The notes beneath the pieces were generated by a model, which was given only the letters and a program-made list of their open reading frames with translations, did not search any database and had not been told where the DNA came from. Below are positions 1 to 11,725 of a stretch of DNA of 64,000 nucleotides, one piece after another. Source of the DNA: Promethearchaeia archaeon (GTDB taxonomy: Archaea > Asgardarchaeota > Lokiarchaeia > Sigyniarchaeales > SOKP01). The DNA lies in the NCBI GenBank assembly GCA_029856145.1, contig JAHQWK010000019.1:86516-150515 (forward strand), in the 5' to 3' direction. The translations under genes and the position numbers were made by a program. Each line of letters begins with the position of its first letter. The stretch's first letter is position 1.

Positions 1-1727
1 CTAAACCATTCTTTAAAATATTTATTGAAATGTTGAGCGCTGGTTGAGATTATTTCTCTTTCAATATCTCTGATAAGAATTTGAAATTCTTCAGTAATCC
101 ATTTTTTTAGGCTAGTTACATATTCACTTTTTTTTTCTAAAATTTTTTTTTTTCTAAGATTATTCTCTAACTTATTTAATTCTCTTTCTATTAAATTCAA
201 ATTAGCTTGTTTAGTATTAAGTTCCTTTTCAAAACCTGATTTTTCTTCTTTTAACTTTTTTATTAAATTCTTTTGATTAGTTAATTTTAACTTTAATTTA
301 TTTTCAAATTCCTTGAAACTTTTAAAATCTTTAATTTCATAATTTTTTAGAATAAACATAATTTGATTTTGATTATTCTTTATTTTTTCATTTAATTGAG
401 TAATCAAATCCTTTAATTCAATTCCTCTCTTTTTCTTTTCTTCAACTAACTTATTTAAAGCATCTTTTTTTGTTTGGATCATATTATAATCCCTTAAATT
501 CTTTAGATCTGCTTCAGCTTTAGAAATTGCTGAAATTAATTTTTTAATTTCTTTTGATAATTGTTCTATTTCATCATTTGTGTTTTTAAGTTCAGAATTA
601 AACCGCTTTTTTTCATGCAATTCTTGCCCGCATAAGGAACACTTCCCTTCTTTTAAAAGCTTATTTATATTTTCAATTTTATCATCTAATACAGCTTTGA
701 GCTTAACTTTCTTTAATTTAATCTTTCGATTTTTATCTATTTGTTCTTCAAGTTGTTTTTCCGTTAAATCACTTTTAAGTTCGGTTTTAGGTAAATCTTT
801 GATTTTCTTTAATGAATTTGAAATATCTATTACTAAAGACTCCAAAGATGTTTCATTCTTCTTTTTAGATACATTTGACTCATCTACAATTGTTAGAGAA
901 TTTTCAATTTTAACTAATTTTTTTGAATATTCACTTAATTCAGACTGAATTCTGTCAACTTTTATTTCTTCTTTTTCTATTTCTTTTTCCTTTTCTCGTT
1001 TATTTTTTTCTATTATTTCAATAATTTCATTTTGTTCCTCTATTTCTTTTTCCTTTTTAGGGATGAATTCTTCGGGTTTTCCAATAGTATTAAGCTGGAT
1101 TTTAATTTTTTTTTTCTTATTTTTTAAAAATTCATTTAAGACTCCAACATTCTTTAGAGCAATCTCATATTTTTCTATACCAAAAACTTCTTTTAAAATT
1201 TCAAATCGCTCATCTGGTTTTGCTTGTAATATCTCTTTCACTTGTTCTTGCGGAGTATATACAGTATATCGAAATAGAGGAATTTTTTGTGCCTTTTCAT
1301 ATCGAGTTATTGAATAATTTAAAATTTCTAGGATTTTTTTTCTTAAATCTGTAGGAGCATATGATGTCTCTACTGATTCATTTCCTAAATGCTCTATAAA
1401 TGATCCAGTTTCTTGTGAAACAATAACTCTCTTTTTTCCTGCTTCTTTTCTCCTAGTTCTTTTCAATCCACGCTTGATTGTATATCTCTTTCCATTAATT
1501 GAGAATGTTAATTCAACAAACCCTTTATTTTCACCTCTTCTTAAAAGTGAATCTCCACTTAAATCTGCTGCAGTTAAAGTACCAAATAAGCAGAATTCTA
1601 TTGCCTTTAAGACTGAGGACTTACCGCTTCCAATATCTCCAAAAAAGAGAATTATTGAGGGAGGGAACTTAATTTCTAAATCTATAATGCTTCTAATATT
1701 TTTTATTTTCACAGATTCAATAATCAT
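1..1727 (-). CDS. rad50: DNA double-strand break repair ATPase Rad50 (3' part runs off the window)
   Basis: Not in the ORF track. Manual translation from ATG at 1727 gives MIIESVKIKNIRSIIDLEIKFPPSIILFFGDIGSGKSS (Walker A), a Q-loop region YTPQEQVK, a long coiled coil and the Zn-hook CSLC at 630-641. Lies directly downstream of mre11. Confidence 0.95.
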   Translation of the reverse strand, partial: MIIESVKIKNIRSIIDLEIKFPPSIILFFGDIGSGKSSVLKAIEFCLFGTLTAADLSGDSLLRRGENKGFVELTFSINGKRYTIKRGLKRTRRKEAGKKRVIVSQETGSFIEHLGNESVETSYAPTDLRKKILEILNYSITRYEKAQKIPLFRYTVYTPQEQVKEILQAKPDERFEILKEVFGIEKYEIALKNVGVLNEFLKNKKKKIKIQLNTIGKPEEFIPKKEKEIEEQNEIIEIIEKNKREKEKEIEKEEIKVDRIQSELSEYSKKLVKIENSLTIVDESNVSKKKNETSLESLVIDISNSLKKIKDLPKTELKSDLTEKQLEEQIDKNRKIKLKKVKLKAVLDDKIENINKLLKEGKCSLCGQELHEKKRFNSELKNTNDEIEQLSKEIKKLISAISKAEADLKNLRDYNMIQTKKDALNKLVEEKKKRGIELKDLITQLNEKIKNNQNQIMFILKNYEIKDFKSFKEFENKLKLKLTNQKNLIKKLKEEKSGFEKELNTKQANLNLIERELNKLENNLRKKKILEKKSEYVTSLKKWITEEFQILIRDIEREIISTSAQHFNKYFKEWF

Positions 1728-1737
1728 TTTATAATGC

Positions 1738-3027
1738 TCATTCTTCTTCTAATTGAAAGATTTTTTTGAAATTATTAACTAATTCTTTATCATATTCTTT
1801 TACTTTTGTTCCCTCTTCTCTTTCTTTACCTATGACTGATAATAAATCGTGAATCTTATTCTCAACGTTTTTTTTATCGATATTATTAATTTTTATTTTC
1901 TGTGCATGTTCATAAATAAGAGTGTTTTCAATTTCTTCATTTGTTTTTCCAACCACAACACTAATAGGAGTATATTCTTTTGAAGTAAGACTCGATTTAT
2001 TTACTAATACTTCATAAGCCCCTTTTTCTTGTATTTTTTGAATAATTTCATTCGTTTTTAATTCATAAGTTCTCCCAGAAGATAAAGTCCCATATATTCT
2101 GATAGTGACTGTTTTATCATCAAAATTAGTTTCATTAATTTTTTCTTTTAATAAATCTTGAACTTGGGTTATTGATTTATTATTGCAATCAATAAGTAAT
2201 GAAATAACTTCCTTTACTTTAATTGGAATATATCTAACATTTAAATTCGATATTTGAGATTCTTTATCAATATCACCAGATATTATGCAAAATCCACCAA
2301 ACTTATATTGTTCAAGTTCACGAAAATTTACTGGTGCAAGAGAACCAGGATATACTATCTTAGTCTTGTCATCAATCTTAAAAGATCTTTCATCTTTTCT
2401 TAATTTTTCAGGAACTGTTTTATGAAGATGCCCACCAGCATAATATTCAAATCCTTGGGGTAATAGGGATTTAGGAGTAGATTCCATATCTTTAAATTCT
2501 TTAGGTTTCAATTCATATAACATAGTATGAAATATGAATATCTTTGGACCTTTTTCATCTTCTAGAGATTTTCTATCTAAAATATGATATTCCTCAATTT
2601 CTAAACCACGTTTTCTAGCTCTTAAACCTGTTAATTTAATTTTGGTTTTTGGATCTATGTAAAAATTTAATTTTATTTTATTTTCTTCTGTTAACTCCGC
2701 GTTCCATACATCTTTAAATAATCCTGCTGAAATAAGTGGTCTAATCATTGATTTTTCTGAAGGGGAAAAGTCATGAGAACCCATTATTCCATACACAGGG
2801 ATTTCATGATCCTTCAACTTCTTTAATTCTCTTGTCGCTAAATCTATGACTTCTACTTTTGGATTACTGACATCGTATAAGTCGCCACTTATTATAACAA
2901 AATCAACTTCTTCATTAACAATAGTATTCACTGCTATTTTGAAAGCTTTATACCCTAACTCATTTAAACGTTCATTACGCCAGGCTCCTAAGTGAACATC
3001 AGAAATATGGGCAAATTTAACTTTCAT
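1738..3027 (-). CDS. mre11: Mre11 nuclease
   Basis: Metallophosphoesterase motifs HISDVHLG, SGDLYD, GSHD, FHT and GGHLH; located between herA and rad50. Confidence 0.95.
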   Translation of the reverse strand: MKVKFAHISDVHLGAWRNERLNELGYKAFKIAVNTIVNEEVDFVIISGDLYDVSNPKVEVIDLATRELKKLKDHEIPVYGIMGSHDFSPSEKSMIRPLISAGLFKDVWNAELTEENKIKLNFYIDPKTKIKLTGLRARKRGLEIEEYHILDRKSLEDEKGPKIFIFHTMLYELKPKEFKDMESTPKSLLPQGFEYYAGGHLHKTVPEKLRKDERSFKIDDKTKIVYPGSLAPVNFRELEQYKFGGFCIISGDIDKESQISNLNVRYIPIKVKEVISLLIDCNNKSITQVQDLLKEKINETNFDDKTVTIRIYGTLSSGRTYELKTNEIIQKIQEKGAYEVLVNKSSLTSKEYTPISVVVGKTNEEIENTLIYEHAQKIKINNIDKKNVENKIHDLLSVIGKEREEGTKVKEYDKELVNNFKKIFQLEEE

Positions 3028-3050
3028 TTTTGAAATCTTTCTAACATTTT

Positions 3051-4631
3051 TTATTTTATTCCTGGAAAGGCTTTTCTAATTTTTATATTGGATTTAGTTT
3101 CATCGTTTTTTCCTTCTAATAAATCCTCAAACTTTGGTATCTTAATTGGAATAGCAAATTTTGTAAAATTAGATGTGACTATAGCTTCACCAATATCTAA
3201 ACTTGCAATTGTTTGACTATCATCTGATAGATCTTGAGCTGAACTTTCAATTAGGGTCCTTCTTTCTGGACCCATTTCATTTCCAAGGATAATTTTGGTA
3301 TTCATATTTGCTAAAATTTCTCTCTCTATTAAACTTGGTAATTGTGTTATTCCTATTAATCCTATATTGAATTTCCTCCCCTCTCTTGCGATTTTTCCAA
3401 ATACATTATCTCTTGTTTCGAGTACTTTTTTTCCTATAACTCTAGGCGCCTCTTCTAAAACAATAGCAATAACAGGCTTATCTTCTAATTCATCTCTGAA
3501 TTTAAGGTATTTATATTGATCAAATATATTGTCTACTATAATTGTTGCAACAAATATTTCTTCTGCTCCCTCAAATAAAGAAGTATCAACAATAACAGTT
3601 CTCCCTTCCATTAATGAGTTCTTAATATTATTTATTATTGATTCATATCCATTTAATGTATAGATACCATTTTCAATTATATTATTCTCATCATCAAAAC
3701 CAAAATGTAATAAAATTGATAATCTTCTTCTCAGAACATCTAAAGTACTCTCATGAAGTCCCTGAGGGCGTGGATAAGCAATTATATCATCGCTAAAAAT
3801 TGCTTGAATCCAATTTTGTCTATGTAATCGATAAAAACCTATTAAAGCATCTAATTGAGGTGGTGTGAAGCTAAGAGTTCCTATAGCATGCATTGGTTCT
3901 ATTAACTTCACATTTAATTTTAAGTCAAGTTTCCCAGGAATGGATCTTATAGAATAATATTCAATATATTTGGAACTTTCAGGATGTTCCTTTAATCCTT
4001 TTTGCGTCGCAGTACCGTAATATTCATTGTGAGGATCAAACACTAATTTTCCACAATTATCGTTTTCCATTAAATTATACAGAATTGTTTTAACTAAATT
4101 TGATTTACCTCTACCTGTAGTTGCTGGAATTAGAATATGGTGTCTAATTACCTTTGTTGCTTCAAGAATCACTTCTGTTCTTAAAACTTTAGACCCCGAG
4201 CGAATATTACCTAAATTTAAAGGATTTTGGATTTTTTCTTCTTTAAAAAATTCTAAATGAGTATCATCAATATCAAATATATCTGAGAAAAATGTAGGTA
4301 ATTTCTTTGGCAAGAAAAGTTTATTATCCTTGACGAATATTAAAGGTCTCGCTAGAGCTAACACATAGTTACGTAATTCAGATTCATATATTTTTAAATC
4401 AGACTTTTCTCTTTCTAAACCATACCCTGCCATTAATTCAAGAACCTTATCTGGAATCTGACTTCCATAAAATAGATCCTTTATTTGAAAAATGCTATAC
4501 TCATTTCTATCTTTACCAGCAATAAAAAGCTGTCCTAACTCAAATTCCTGATCTGATTTCTGCCTTAATATTAATTTAACCAAAGAACTACCGGTAACAA
4601 AACTGCCAATTTTTTTTCCTAAATCTACCAT
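3051..4631 (-). CDS. herA: HerA DNA translocase/helicase
   Basis: N-terminal HAS-like barrel, Walker A ATTGRGKS, Walker B LEEAPR, and [19 protein letters not shown]. Confidence 0.93.
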   Translation of the reverse strand: MVDLGKKIGSFVTGSSLVKLILRQKSDQEFELGQLFIAGKDRNEYSIFQIKDLFYGSQIPDKVLELMAGYGLEREKSDLKIYESELRNYVLALARPLIFVKDNKLFLPKKLPTFFSDIFDIDDTHLEFFKEEKIQNPLNLGNIRSGSKVLRTEVILEATKVIRHHILIPATTGRGKSNLVKTILYNLMENDNCGKLVFDPHNEYYGTATQKGLKEHPESSKYIEYYSIRSIPGKLDLKLNVKLIEPMHAIGTLSFTPPQLDALIGFYRLHRQNWIQAIFSDDIIAYPRPQGLHESTLDVLRRRLSILLHFGFDDENNIIENGIYTLNGYESIINNIKNSLMEGRTVIVDTSLFEGAEEIFVATIIVDNIFDQYKYLKFRDELEDKPVIAIVLEEAPRVIGKKVLETRDNVFGKIAREGRKFNIGLIGITQLPSLIEREILANMNTKIILGNEMGPERRTLIESSAQDLSDDSQTIASLDIGEAIVTSNFTKFAIPIKIPKFEDLLEGKNDETKSNIKIRKAFPGIK

Positions 4632-4641
4632 ACTTTTCCAC

Positions 4642-5799
4642 TTATCTTCTTATTATATTTAATAAATCATGTGCGTTCACGGAACGTAAACGAGGTAAGA
4701 TATATTTTTTATAATCCTCTTCATCAAATTCTGCAATTAATTGAATTTTTTGAGGTTCTAATTCTTTAATACTCACTGCTGCAAGTTGATCTGCTTTTAT
4801 AAGACCATAGGGATATCCTGGATATGATAAATCATTAGAATTATTTGCTATATTAGAAATAACTATTTCACACTGATCTTCAGACATCTCTTTTGCTTGA
4901 TCCAGTAAAATATCGAATCTAAATGAATATACTGAATTTTTATTTAGTTTTACGAAATATAAATCTGCTTTTTCTTGAGCTTTTGTAATTCTATAGATAG
5001 GATGATAATACCACGCGCTACTTGGAAATTTTTTATTTCCTACATAGTTTATTAAAGAATTTAATGAATTTCCATTTTGTGTAATTAATCGACAAGTTTT
5101 AGAAAGTCCAGATACGACTACTCCTTTTTTAATTGCTGTATTATACAATTTTTCTGCTAATATCGTTTCTCCAGTATACCCTGTTTGAAGTGAACCATCT
5201 CTGACAAAAATACTCCCTTCATCTAATTCATTTAAAATAAATTTATTTGCGTAAGTCCATTCAGCAAATCTCATTGCGATGCCTCCAAAAACTTCAATAT
5301 TTGGCAGGCTGAACCATCTCTCTCTAATAGTAGGATCATTAATTGAAAATTTTAAATCATCTTTAGGGAGATATTCTCTAAATTCTGATTCTAAAGGAAA
5401 GAAGCGTGTAATATAACCTAAAGTATCATCATCAAAAATATCTAATACTGTTACGCTATAAAACTCAATTTTAACTGGTGTTTTTTTTAATTGAGTCCAC
5501 TTATTAGTAGTAAATAAAACCCCTGAAACCCTATTTAAACTTACATTGAAATCTGCACTTCTGATTATCGGACCATTTCCTCCATCAACAAACCCAATAC
5601 TCTTAACAAAATTACATTTTGGAATTTCAAAAATTTTATCTTCATAAATCTCAAATGCTTCTTCTTCTGAACTAGAAATGAATGGTTTGTCTTCTTTAGG
5701 ATATCCCAATTTATGATTCTCTATGAATTTTACACATTCCTTCAATGGATTTTTTCTTTTTTCAGCACTCATCTTATTAAAAAGATGCTTATTTTTCAT
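4642..5799 (-). CDS. nurA: NurA 5'-3' nuclease
   Basis: FVDGG, VRDGSL and [13 protein letters not shown] motifs; operonic with herA. Confidence 0.9.
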   Translation of the reverse strand: MKNKHLFNKMSAEKRKNPLKECVKFIENHKLGYPKEDKPFISSSEEEAFEIYEDKIFEIPKCNFVKSIGFVDGGNGPIIRSADFNVSLNRVSGVLFTTNKWTQLKKTPVKIEFYSVTVLDIFDDDTLGYITRFFPLESEFREYLPKDDLKFSINDPTIRERWFSLPNIEVFGGIAMRFAEWTYANKFILNELDEGSIFVRDGSLQTGYTGETILAEKLYNTAIKKGVVVSGLSKTCRLITQNGNSLNSLINYVGNKKFPSSAWYYHPIYRITKAQEKADLYFVKLNKNSVYSFRFDILLDQAKEMSEDQCEIVISNIANNSNDLSYPGYPYGLIKADQLAAVSIKELEPQKIQLIAEFDEEDYKKYILPRLRSVNAHDLLNIIRR

Positions 5800-5910
5800 T
5801 AAATATTTTTATAAATAATAAATCAATTAGAGTCAACAGATTTAACAGTTTTTATATTAATATTAAACTTTTTATTAATAGTATATTGAAATAATCAACG
5901 GAATTTCTTA

Positions 5911-8091
5911 TTATTTCTTACTACTACTCTTTTTTCTTAATGGTTTGTCTTCTTCTAATAATTCACTTGCAGTTTTAAAAAGAGTCTCTTTATTGGAAAG
6001 AATTTTATCTACATTAATTTTAGATTTGAATTGAACTGAAGACTTCCTATAGACATCAGGGTTCAATTCAGAAACAAATTGAGAGACTCTTACTATTTGA
6101 GGCCCTCGATATGTATTTTTAATCGAAGGAGATATAAGATATAGCTGGTCTTTTGCTCTTGTTATTGCGACATAAAATACTCTACGTTCTTCCTCGAAAG
6201 CATCCAGGTCACCTACGCTTCTGCTGGAAGGGAATGAATCTTCACATAACATAGGGATAAATACCACACGCCATTCAAGTCCTTTTGCTCTATGTACAGT
6301 AGACAAAATTAATGGTTTCTCTTCCTCTGTTTCGTTACCAGCATGAACCGTTCTGGATTCTAAATTAGATAGATTTAGACTCAAATTTTCTAAGAATTTC
6401 CGAATAGTAGGAAAATTCTGCGCATAAACACTTAGTTGCTTTAAATCATCCATACGTTCTTGCCAATTATCAAATTTTGATTTTAAATGATCTTCAAGAA
6501 CGGTTATTAAATTTTGGATAACTTCTGATGGATTATCCTCAGGTGTAAAATCAATTAATTTTTTTACATAAGAGATTAAGTTTTTTATTCCCTCCTTAGA
6601 TATACGAGATCCTTTTAATTTTTCAGCATAAAACATCTTATTAATTAAAGCATCAATTGGATGTTCTATTATAGAAATCGCTTCAAAAATTTTTGAACCA
6701 GATGATGTTCCAATGCCTTGGATGATTGAAAAAATTCTAGACCATGAAACTTCGTCATAGGGATTCTCGATTATTCTTAAATGAGCTAAAATATCCTTAA
6801 TATGTGCTCTTTCAAAAAAAGCAACACCTGCTCGAACTTCATATGGTATGTTTTTTGCTCTTAATTCAAGTTCTATTCTTAGTGAATGAGAACCTGCTCT
6901 AATTAATATTGCTATTTCATCTAAATCAAATCCATCTGAACGTAATTTTAGAATTTGGTTCGTGATAAATCTTGCTTGATCCATATCATCTCCTAAATTT
7001 ACTTGGAATGGGATAGTTCCTTTAGGGCGTGTGGTGTGCATAGATTTTTTAAATTGTTTTTCATTATGCTCTATGGAGTTATTTGCTAGTTTTAAAATCT
7101 CAGGTACACTTCTATAATTATAAGTTATTGTATATCTCTTACAATTTTTATATCTCTTTTCAAAATTGATAATGTTTTGAAAATTAGCACCTCTAAATGC
7201 ATAAATACTTTGAGCATCGTCACCCACAGCTATAACATTCTGTTCTGGATTCTGTTTAACTATTTTATATATAATCTCATCTTGGATGTAATTGGTATCT
7301 TGGTATTCGTCAACAAGGACATATTTTATATTCTTCGCAATTAGTTGAGCAACTGCTCTTTCATCCAATAACTGATTCCAATAAATCAATAAATCATCAA
7401 AATCTACTAAATTATCTTGAGCTTTCTTCTCTCGATAAATCTTGAAAACTTCTTCTAATTTTTTAATGACATCCTTACTATCAAATTGAGAATATTTCCA
7501 AAGGATAACATCTCGAATTGATTTATTGCAATTAATGGAAAATGACAATATAGCTTTTGCCATCCTAGAATTTGGAAATCTTTCTTGGATTTCTTTAATA
7601 TTTCCTTTCTCAATTGAAAGTTTCATCAAACTTCTTGCGTCAGTTTCATCCATTATGGTATAATTTGCTTTTAAACCTAGTATTTTTGCATATCTTCGAA
7701 TAAAACGATTTGCTATAGAGTGAAATGTACCCCCCCAGATCCCTTTTGGTCGTTTTCCTAAAAGGATTTCTACACGTTTAATCATTTCATTAGCTGCCTT
7801 ATTCGTGAATGTTACAAGCATGATTTCATTTGGCTTTACTCCTGATAATAATAATTTCGCAACTGAATAAGTAATTGTCCTTGTTTTACCACTTCCTGCA
7901 CCAGCGATAACTAAAATTGGTCCTTTAATATTATTAATGATTTTCAATTGTTCCTCGTTTAAATCTTCTTCAAACGATATTTCATTATAATCCTCTATAA
8001 CAACTGGTAATTCTTCTAAAGATTCAGCATAGGCCTCATCGTAAAACTCAAATATATACTCCTCTTCGGAATTGTCTTTCTTCTGATTCAA
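5911..8091 (-). CDS. UvrD/PcrA-family SF1 DNA helicase
   Basis: AGAGSGKT, TFTNKAA, TFHS, DEYQD, VGDDAQSIYAFRGA, NYRS, STVHRAKGLE and EERRVFYVAITRA motifs; TTG start. Confidence 0.95.
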   Translation of the reverse strand: MNQKKDNSEEEYIFEFYDEAYAESLEELPVVIEDYNEISFEEDLNEEQLKIINNIKGPILVIAGAGSGKTRTITYSVAKLLLSGVKPNEIMLVTFTNKAANEMIKRVEILLGKRPKGIWGGTFHSIANRFIRRYAKILGLKANYTIMDETDARSLMKLSIEKGNIKEIQERFPNSRMAKAILSFSINCNKSIRDVILWKYSQFDSKDVIKKLEEVFKIYREKKAQDNLVDFDDLLIYWNQLLDERAVAQLIAKNIKYVLVDEYQDTNYIQDEIIYKIVKQNPEQNVIAVGDDAQSIYAFRGANFQNIINFEKRYKNCKRYTITYNYRSVPEILKLANNSIEHNEKQFKKSMHTTRPKGTIPFQVNLGDDMDQARFITNQILKLRSDGFDLDEIAILIRAGSHSLRIELELRAKNIPYEVRAGVAFFERAHIKDILAHLRIIENPYDEVSWSRIFSIIQGIGTSSGSKIFEAISIIEHPIDALINKMFYAEKLKGSRISKEGIKNLISYVKKLIDFTPEDNPSEVIQNLITVLEDHLKSKFDNWQERMDDLKQLSVYAQNFPTIRKFLENLSLNLSNLESRTVHAGNETEEEKPLILSTVHRAKGLEWRVVFIPMLCEDSFPSSRSVGDLDAFEEERRVFYVAITRAKDQLYLISPSIKNTYRGPQIVRVSQFVSELNPDVYRKSSVQFKSKINVDKILSNKETLFKTASELLEEDKPLRKKSSSKK

Positions 8092-8452
8092 TTTTACATA
8101 CTACTCTTATTTTAATCTTTCAGGAAAATTTCCTTTTTTCTACTAAATAAATTTTTTACTGTTGAAGGAAATAAATTTCTTTCGATCTTTTATAATAATA
8201 AATTAAATAATTATATTTTAATTAAAAAGATTAAATTAAAAACCAGAAAAGTGGTATTTTTTAATTTTCTTTTAATTATTTTGCACAAATATTAAATAAT
8301 ATTTATTTATTTCACGATAGTATAAGACCCATTTGCTTAAAACTTCAAAGACTTGAATGCTGGATGATTGAACATTTATTAAAAATACAATTTTCAATTA
8401 AATTGATGTAGTAAAAAAAAAATAAAGTAAATTAAAAAAAAATTTGATTTTA

Positions 8453-9913
8453 TTATATAGATATACCTAATTCTTTTGACACCCTTTCGCCCCAAGTTGA
8501 GTCCGCTTTAAAAAAGTGTTTAGCCATTCGTTCTTGAATGAACTTAGGTACAGTTTTTAGACTATTAACTAGATTCTGAATTAGGCGATCTTGCTCATCT
8601 GGAGGCATTAATCTATAGAGATTACCTGGTTGAATGAAATCAGCATCAACTCTTGGTTGATTATATCTATCGGCATCTCCAGAAATTTTTAGAGGTGGTT
8701 CTTTAAAAGCGGGGTTTTCTTTGGGTCCACCAAAACTGTTTGGTTCATAAACCACAGAGTTTCCAAAATTACCATCAAACCGCATAAAACCATCACGATG
8801 ATATGTGTTTACTTTTGCAGCTTTTGGTTGATTAACAGGCAGTGATTGATAATTAACTCCGAGCCGATATCGATGCGCATCAGCATAAGAGAAGAGTCTA
8901 CCTTGGAGCATTTTGTCGGGTGAATAAGAAACACCTGGAACGCGATTTGATGGATCAAAAGCCGCTTGTTCAACTTCTGCAAAATAATTTGATGGATTCC
9001 GATTTAGTTCCATTATCCCCACTTTAATTAATGGATAGTCTCCATGAGGCCAAACTTTAGTTAAATCAAACGGATTCCACTCATAAGTTTCAGCTTCAAG
9101 CTCTGGCATTATTTGTACGAATAACTCCCATTTTGGAAAATCTCCCCTCTCAATTCTCTCGTATAGATCACGAGTTGCCCAATCTGGATCGGTACCAGCA
9201 AGTTTATCCGCTTCTTCTTGCATGAAGTTTTTAATGCCTTGCATAGTTTTAAAATGAAATTTTACCCAGAAACGTTCATTATTTGCATTAATAAAACTAT
9301 AAGTGTGACTTCCATAACCATTCATGTGTGGATGACCTCTAGGTATACCTCGATCGGAAAAAAGTATGGTTACTTGATGCAACGATTCAGGAACTAAAGA
9401 CCAGAAATCCCACCACATGGTTTGTGATTTGAGGTTTGTTTGAGGCATGCGCTTTTGAGTGTGAATGAAATCACTGAATTTTAATGGATCTCTTACAAAA
9501 AATACTGGAGTATTATTGCCAACTAAATCCCAATTACCCTCTTCTGTATAAAATTTTATTGCGAACCCTCTGACATCTCTTACTGTATCTGCGGAGCCTC
9601 TTTCACCTGCCACTGTTGAAAATCGAATAATAAGCTCGGTCTTTTTTCCTACTTCAGAAAAAATTTTGGCTTTGGTATATTTTGTTATATTATTTGTTAC
9701 AGTGAAAGTACCATATGCTCCTGCTCCTTTAGCATGTACTACACGCTCAGGTATTCTTTCTCTAGCAAAGGTTGCCAATTTCTCTAGCAAATGTACGTCC
9801 TGCATGAGAACTGGTCCTTTTTCACCAGCAGTTATTGAATTTTGATTATCTGCTACTGGTGCACCTCCAGCTGTTGTTAGTAATTTCTCTTCTTTTTTTT
9901 CTTTTTTTTCCAT
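8453..9913 (-). CDS. katA: Monofunctional small-subunit heme catalase
   Basis: Distal His motif [19 protein letters not shown], and proximal Tyr motif RLFSYADAH. Confidence 0.97.
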   Translation of the reverse strand: MEKKEKKEEKLLTTAGGAPVADNQNSITAGEKGPVLMQDVHLLEKLATFARERIPERVVHAKGAGAYGTFTVTNNITKYTKAKIFSEVGKKTELIIRFSTVAGERGSADTVRDVRGFAIKFYTEEGNWDLVGNNTPVFFVRDPLKFSDFIHTQKRMPQTNLKSQTMWWDFWSLVPESLHQVTILFSDRGIPRGHPHMNGYGSHTYSFINANNERFWVKFHFKTMQGIKNFMQEEADKLAGTDPDWATRDLYERIERGDFPKWELFVQIMPELEAETYEWNPFDLTKVWPHGDYPLIKVGIMELNRNPSNYFAEVEQAAFDPSNRVPGVSYSPDKMLQGRLFSYADAHRYRLGVNYQSLPVNQPKAAKVNTYHRDGFMRFDGNFGNSVVYEPNSFGGPKENPAFKEPPLKISGDADRYNQPRVDADFIQPGNLYRLMPPDEQDRLIQNLVNSLKTVPKFIQERMAKHFFKADSTWGERVSKELGISI

Positions 9914-10003
9914 TTAAGTTCTCTCTTTCAATTATTAATTACAAATGTGTTAAATAATGATGTTAAATTCACATTTAAGAATTCTTTTTATATCTTATAT
10001 AAT

Positions 10004-10018
10004 TAAGAATCATTCTTA
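10004..10018. promoter_or_regulatory. Candidate PerR/Fur-type operator
   Basis: Perfect 7-1-7 inverted repeat TAAGAAT-C-ATTCTTA between divergent katA and the Fur-family gene; overlaps the palindromic TATA-like TCTTATATAAGA (10014-10025). Confidence 0.7.
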
Positions 10019-10122
10019 TATAAGAACAAATATTAGACAGTAACAGTTATTAAAATACCTTATGTTTTTATTTTAAAAGTACTTTAAATTTTTTTAAATA
10101 TTTATAGAACCAGTGATTTTGA

Positions 10123-10551
10123 ATGAATACTAAAGAATTAATCACAATTTTTCGAGAAAAAGGGTATAAACTAACCTCTCAACGTTTAACAATATGTAAA
10201 TTTATACTTTCACGTAAAGATCATCCTACAGCTAATCAAATATATCAAGCACTAAAGGAAGAATATCCCACATTAAGTTTGGGAACGATTTATAAAACTT
10301 TACATCTTCTAAAAGAATTAGGTTTATTACAAGAACTAGGTTTCAATGAAGGAAGTATCAGATATGATCCAGATATGGAACTCCATGTGAATATGGTTTG
10401 TTCCAAATGTGGAAAAATTTATGATTACAAGACTGAAAATGTAAAGAATTTATGGGATGCAATTCTATCTGAGTTGAATATTAAACCTGAGGGTCAACTT
10501 ATTGATATTTACTATGAATGTGATGATTGTAAAAATATTAATTCTAATTAA
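10123..10551 (+). CDS. perR: Fur-family regulator, PerR-like
   Basis: LTSQR, HPTA, SLGTIYKTL, RYD, CxxC...CxxC structural Zn site; divergent from catalase. Confidence 0.88.
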   Translation: MNTKELITIFREKGYKLTSQRLTICKFILSRKDHPTANQIYQALKEEYPTLSLGTIYKTLHLLKELGLLQELGFNEGSIRYDPDMELHVNMVCSKCGKIYDYKTENVKNLWDAILSELNIKPEGQLIDIYYECDDCKNINSN

Positions 10552-10753
10552 ATTCTTAAGCCTAAATGGAATATAAACAATACGATATTTTCAGAACATT
10601 TTATTTATTAGGTTGTATAATATAAAACGATTCAAAAACTGACAAAACAGAGAAACAAATTAAAAGAAAATTAAAAAAATATAATTAAATTTTTAGAAAC
10701 TATGATTCTTATGATATAAATATCTAATGATTACTCGAGAATATAAAACTAAC

Positions 10754-11047
10754 TTATACAAGACCAACTAATATTTTAAAGGCAGCAGTTTCTTCACCAT
10801 CATCTACGGATGTAATCGTAAAAGATATATCATGTTTATCCCTTATATTAGGTGCTGCTTGTACCGAAATAAATTTCATTCTAGGATTTGTATTTGCTCC
10901 TTGCCAAATCCAGACCTTACTATCGCGGCGATCTACAAAAAGCAGAATTTTATTTAAATCTAATAATTCAAACAAAGGAACATTTTCCTTAACTTCTACT
11001 TCTTCAAAATCTTCTAATTCTTTGCTAAATTGATATACAACTATCAA
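10754..11047 (-). CDS. Single-domain gelsolin-like protein
   Basis: ILLFVD...VWIWQGANT...KF...AA...VDDGEETAAF fits a gelsolin repeat; TTG start. Confidence 0.8.
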   Translation of the reverse strand: MIVVYQFSKELEDFEEVEVKENVPLFELLDLNKILLFVDRRDSKVWIWQGANTNPRMKFISVQAAPNIRDKHDISFTITSVDDGEETAAFKILVGLV

Positions 11048-11192
11048 ATTATACTCGCTTGAATTTCTTCCTTATATTATAATATTTCATCTTATTGACT
11101 TATAAACTTTTAACATTTCAATCAAATTTGTCTTAAAACCGTAAATTAATTTGAGAATTGTAACCTATGAAGATGTAAAAGGATTAGTAATC

Positions 11193-11561
11193 TTAATAAT
11201 CGTTTTGGAATCTTCTTCTTCTTAATGTTGAAATAAGGTGTCCTCTTGAGAGTAATTGAAGTCCAAATTGTGAGCTATACTCTCGGGAAAAATCAGTAAT
11301 AACATTACAAACCATAATTCCGCCTTCAATATTTGTGTCAATACATGCTTTATGTAATTGCCTCAATTGAGTAATTGAGATTTCTCTTTTCCAATCTCGA
11401 ACAAAAACTCCAAATGTATTAAGTTTATTTTTTACAACAGCATCAAAAGTCCAAGACTTACCCGATTTACCTTTAAATTTTACTGGACCTTCAGCAAAAT
11501 CATATTTTTCAGAAAAAACATTTTTGGCTAATTCAATTAAATTTTTATCTCCTAATGACAT
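11193..11561 (-). CDS. Mrr-like PD-(D/E)xK restriction-endonuclease-fold protein
   Basis: GKSGKSWTFDAVV and GIMVCNVITDFSREYS pattern; the catalytic ExK appears replaced (FVRDW). Start taken at ATG 11561. Confidence 0.6.
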   Translation of the reverse strand: MSLGDKNLIELAKNVFSEKYDFAEGPVKFKGKSGKSWTFDAVVKNKLNTFGVFVRDWKREISITQLRQLHKACIDTNIEGGIMVCNVITDFSREYSSQFGLQLLSRGHLISTLRRRRFQNDY

Positions 11562-11725
11562 GAATACACACAATTTATGTAATATATATATATTATTTCT
11601 ATATGGATCTGAATATTATTTAAGCTGATATATTACCAACGTAATATGGCTCTATCTTTTTTAGAGAAATTAGTGATAAATTTGACGACAAAAAAGACAT
11701 CAAAGTCACTTTAAATTAAAAGATT

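Noticed and set aside
580-1734. Plus-strand ORFs 580-948, 1063-1317 and 1474-1734
   Set aside because: Antisense shadows of rad50. The same applies to most short ORFs in the track that lie opposite long genes.
8100-8450. Spacer with a short GC-richer patch near 8325-8375
   Set aside because: No convincing ORF, RNA fold or repeat.
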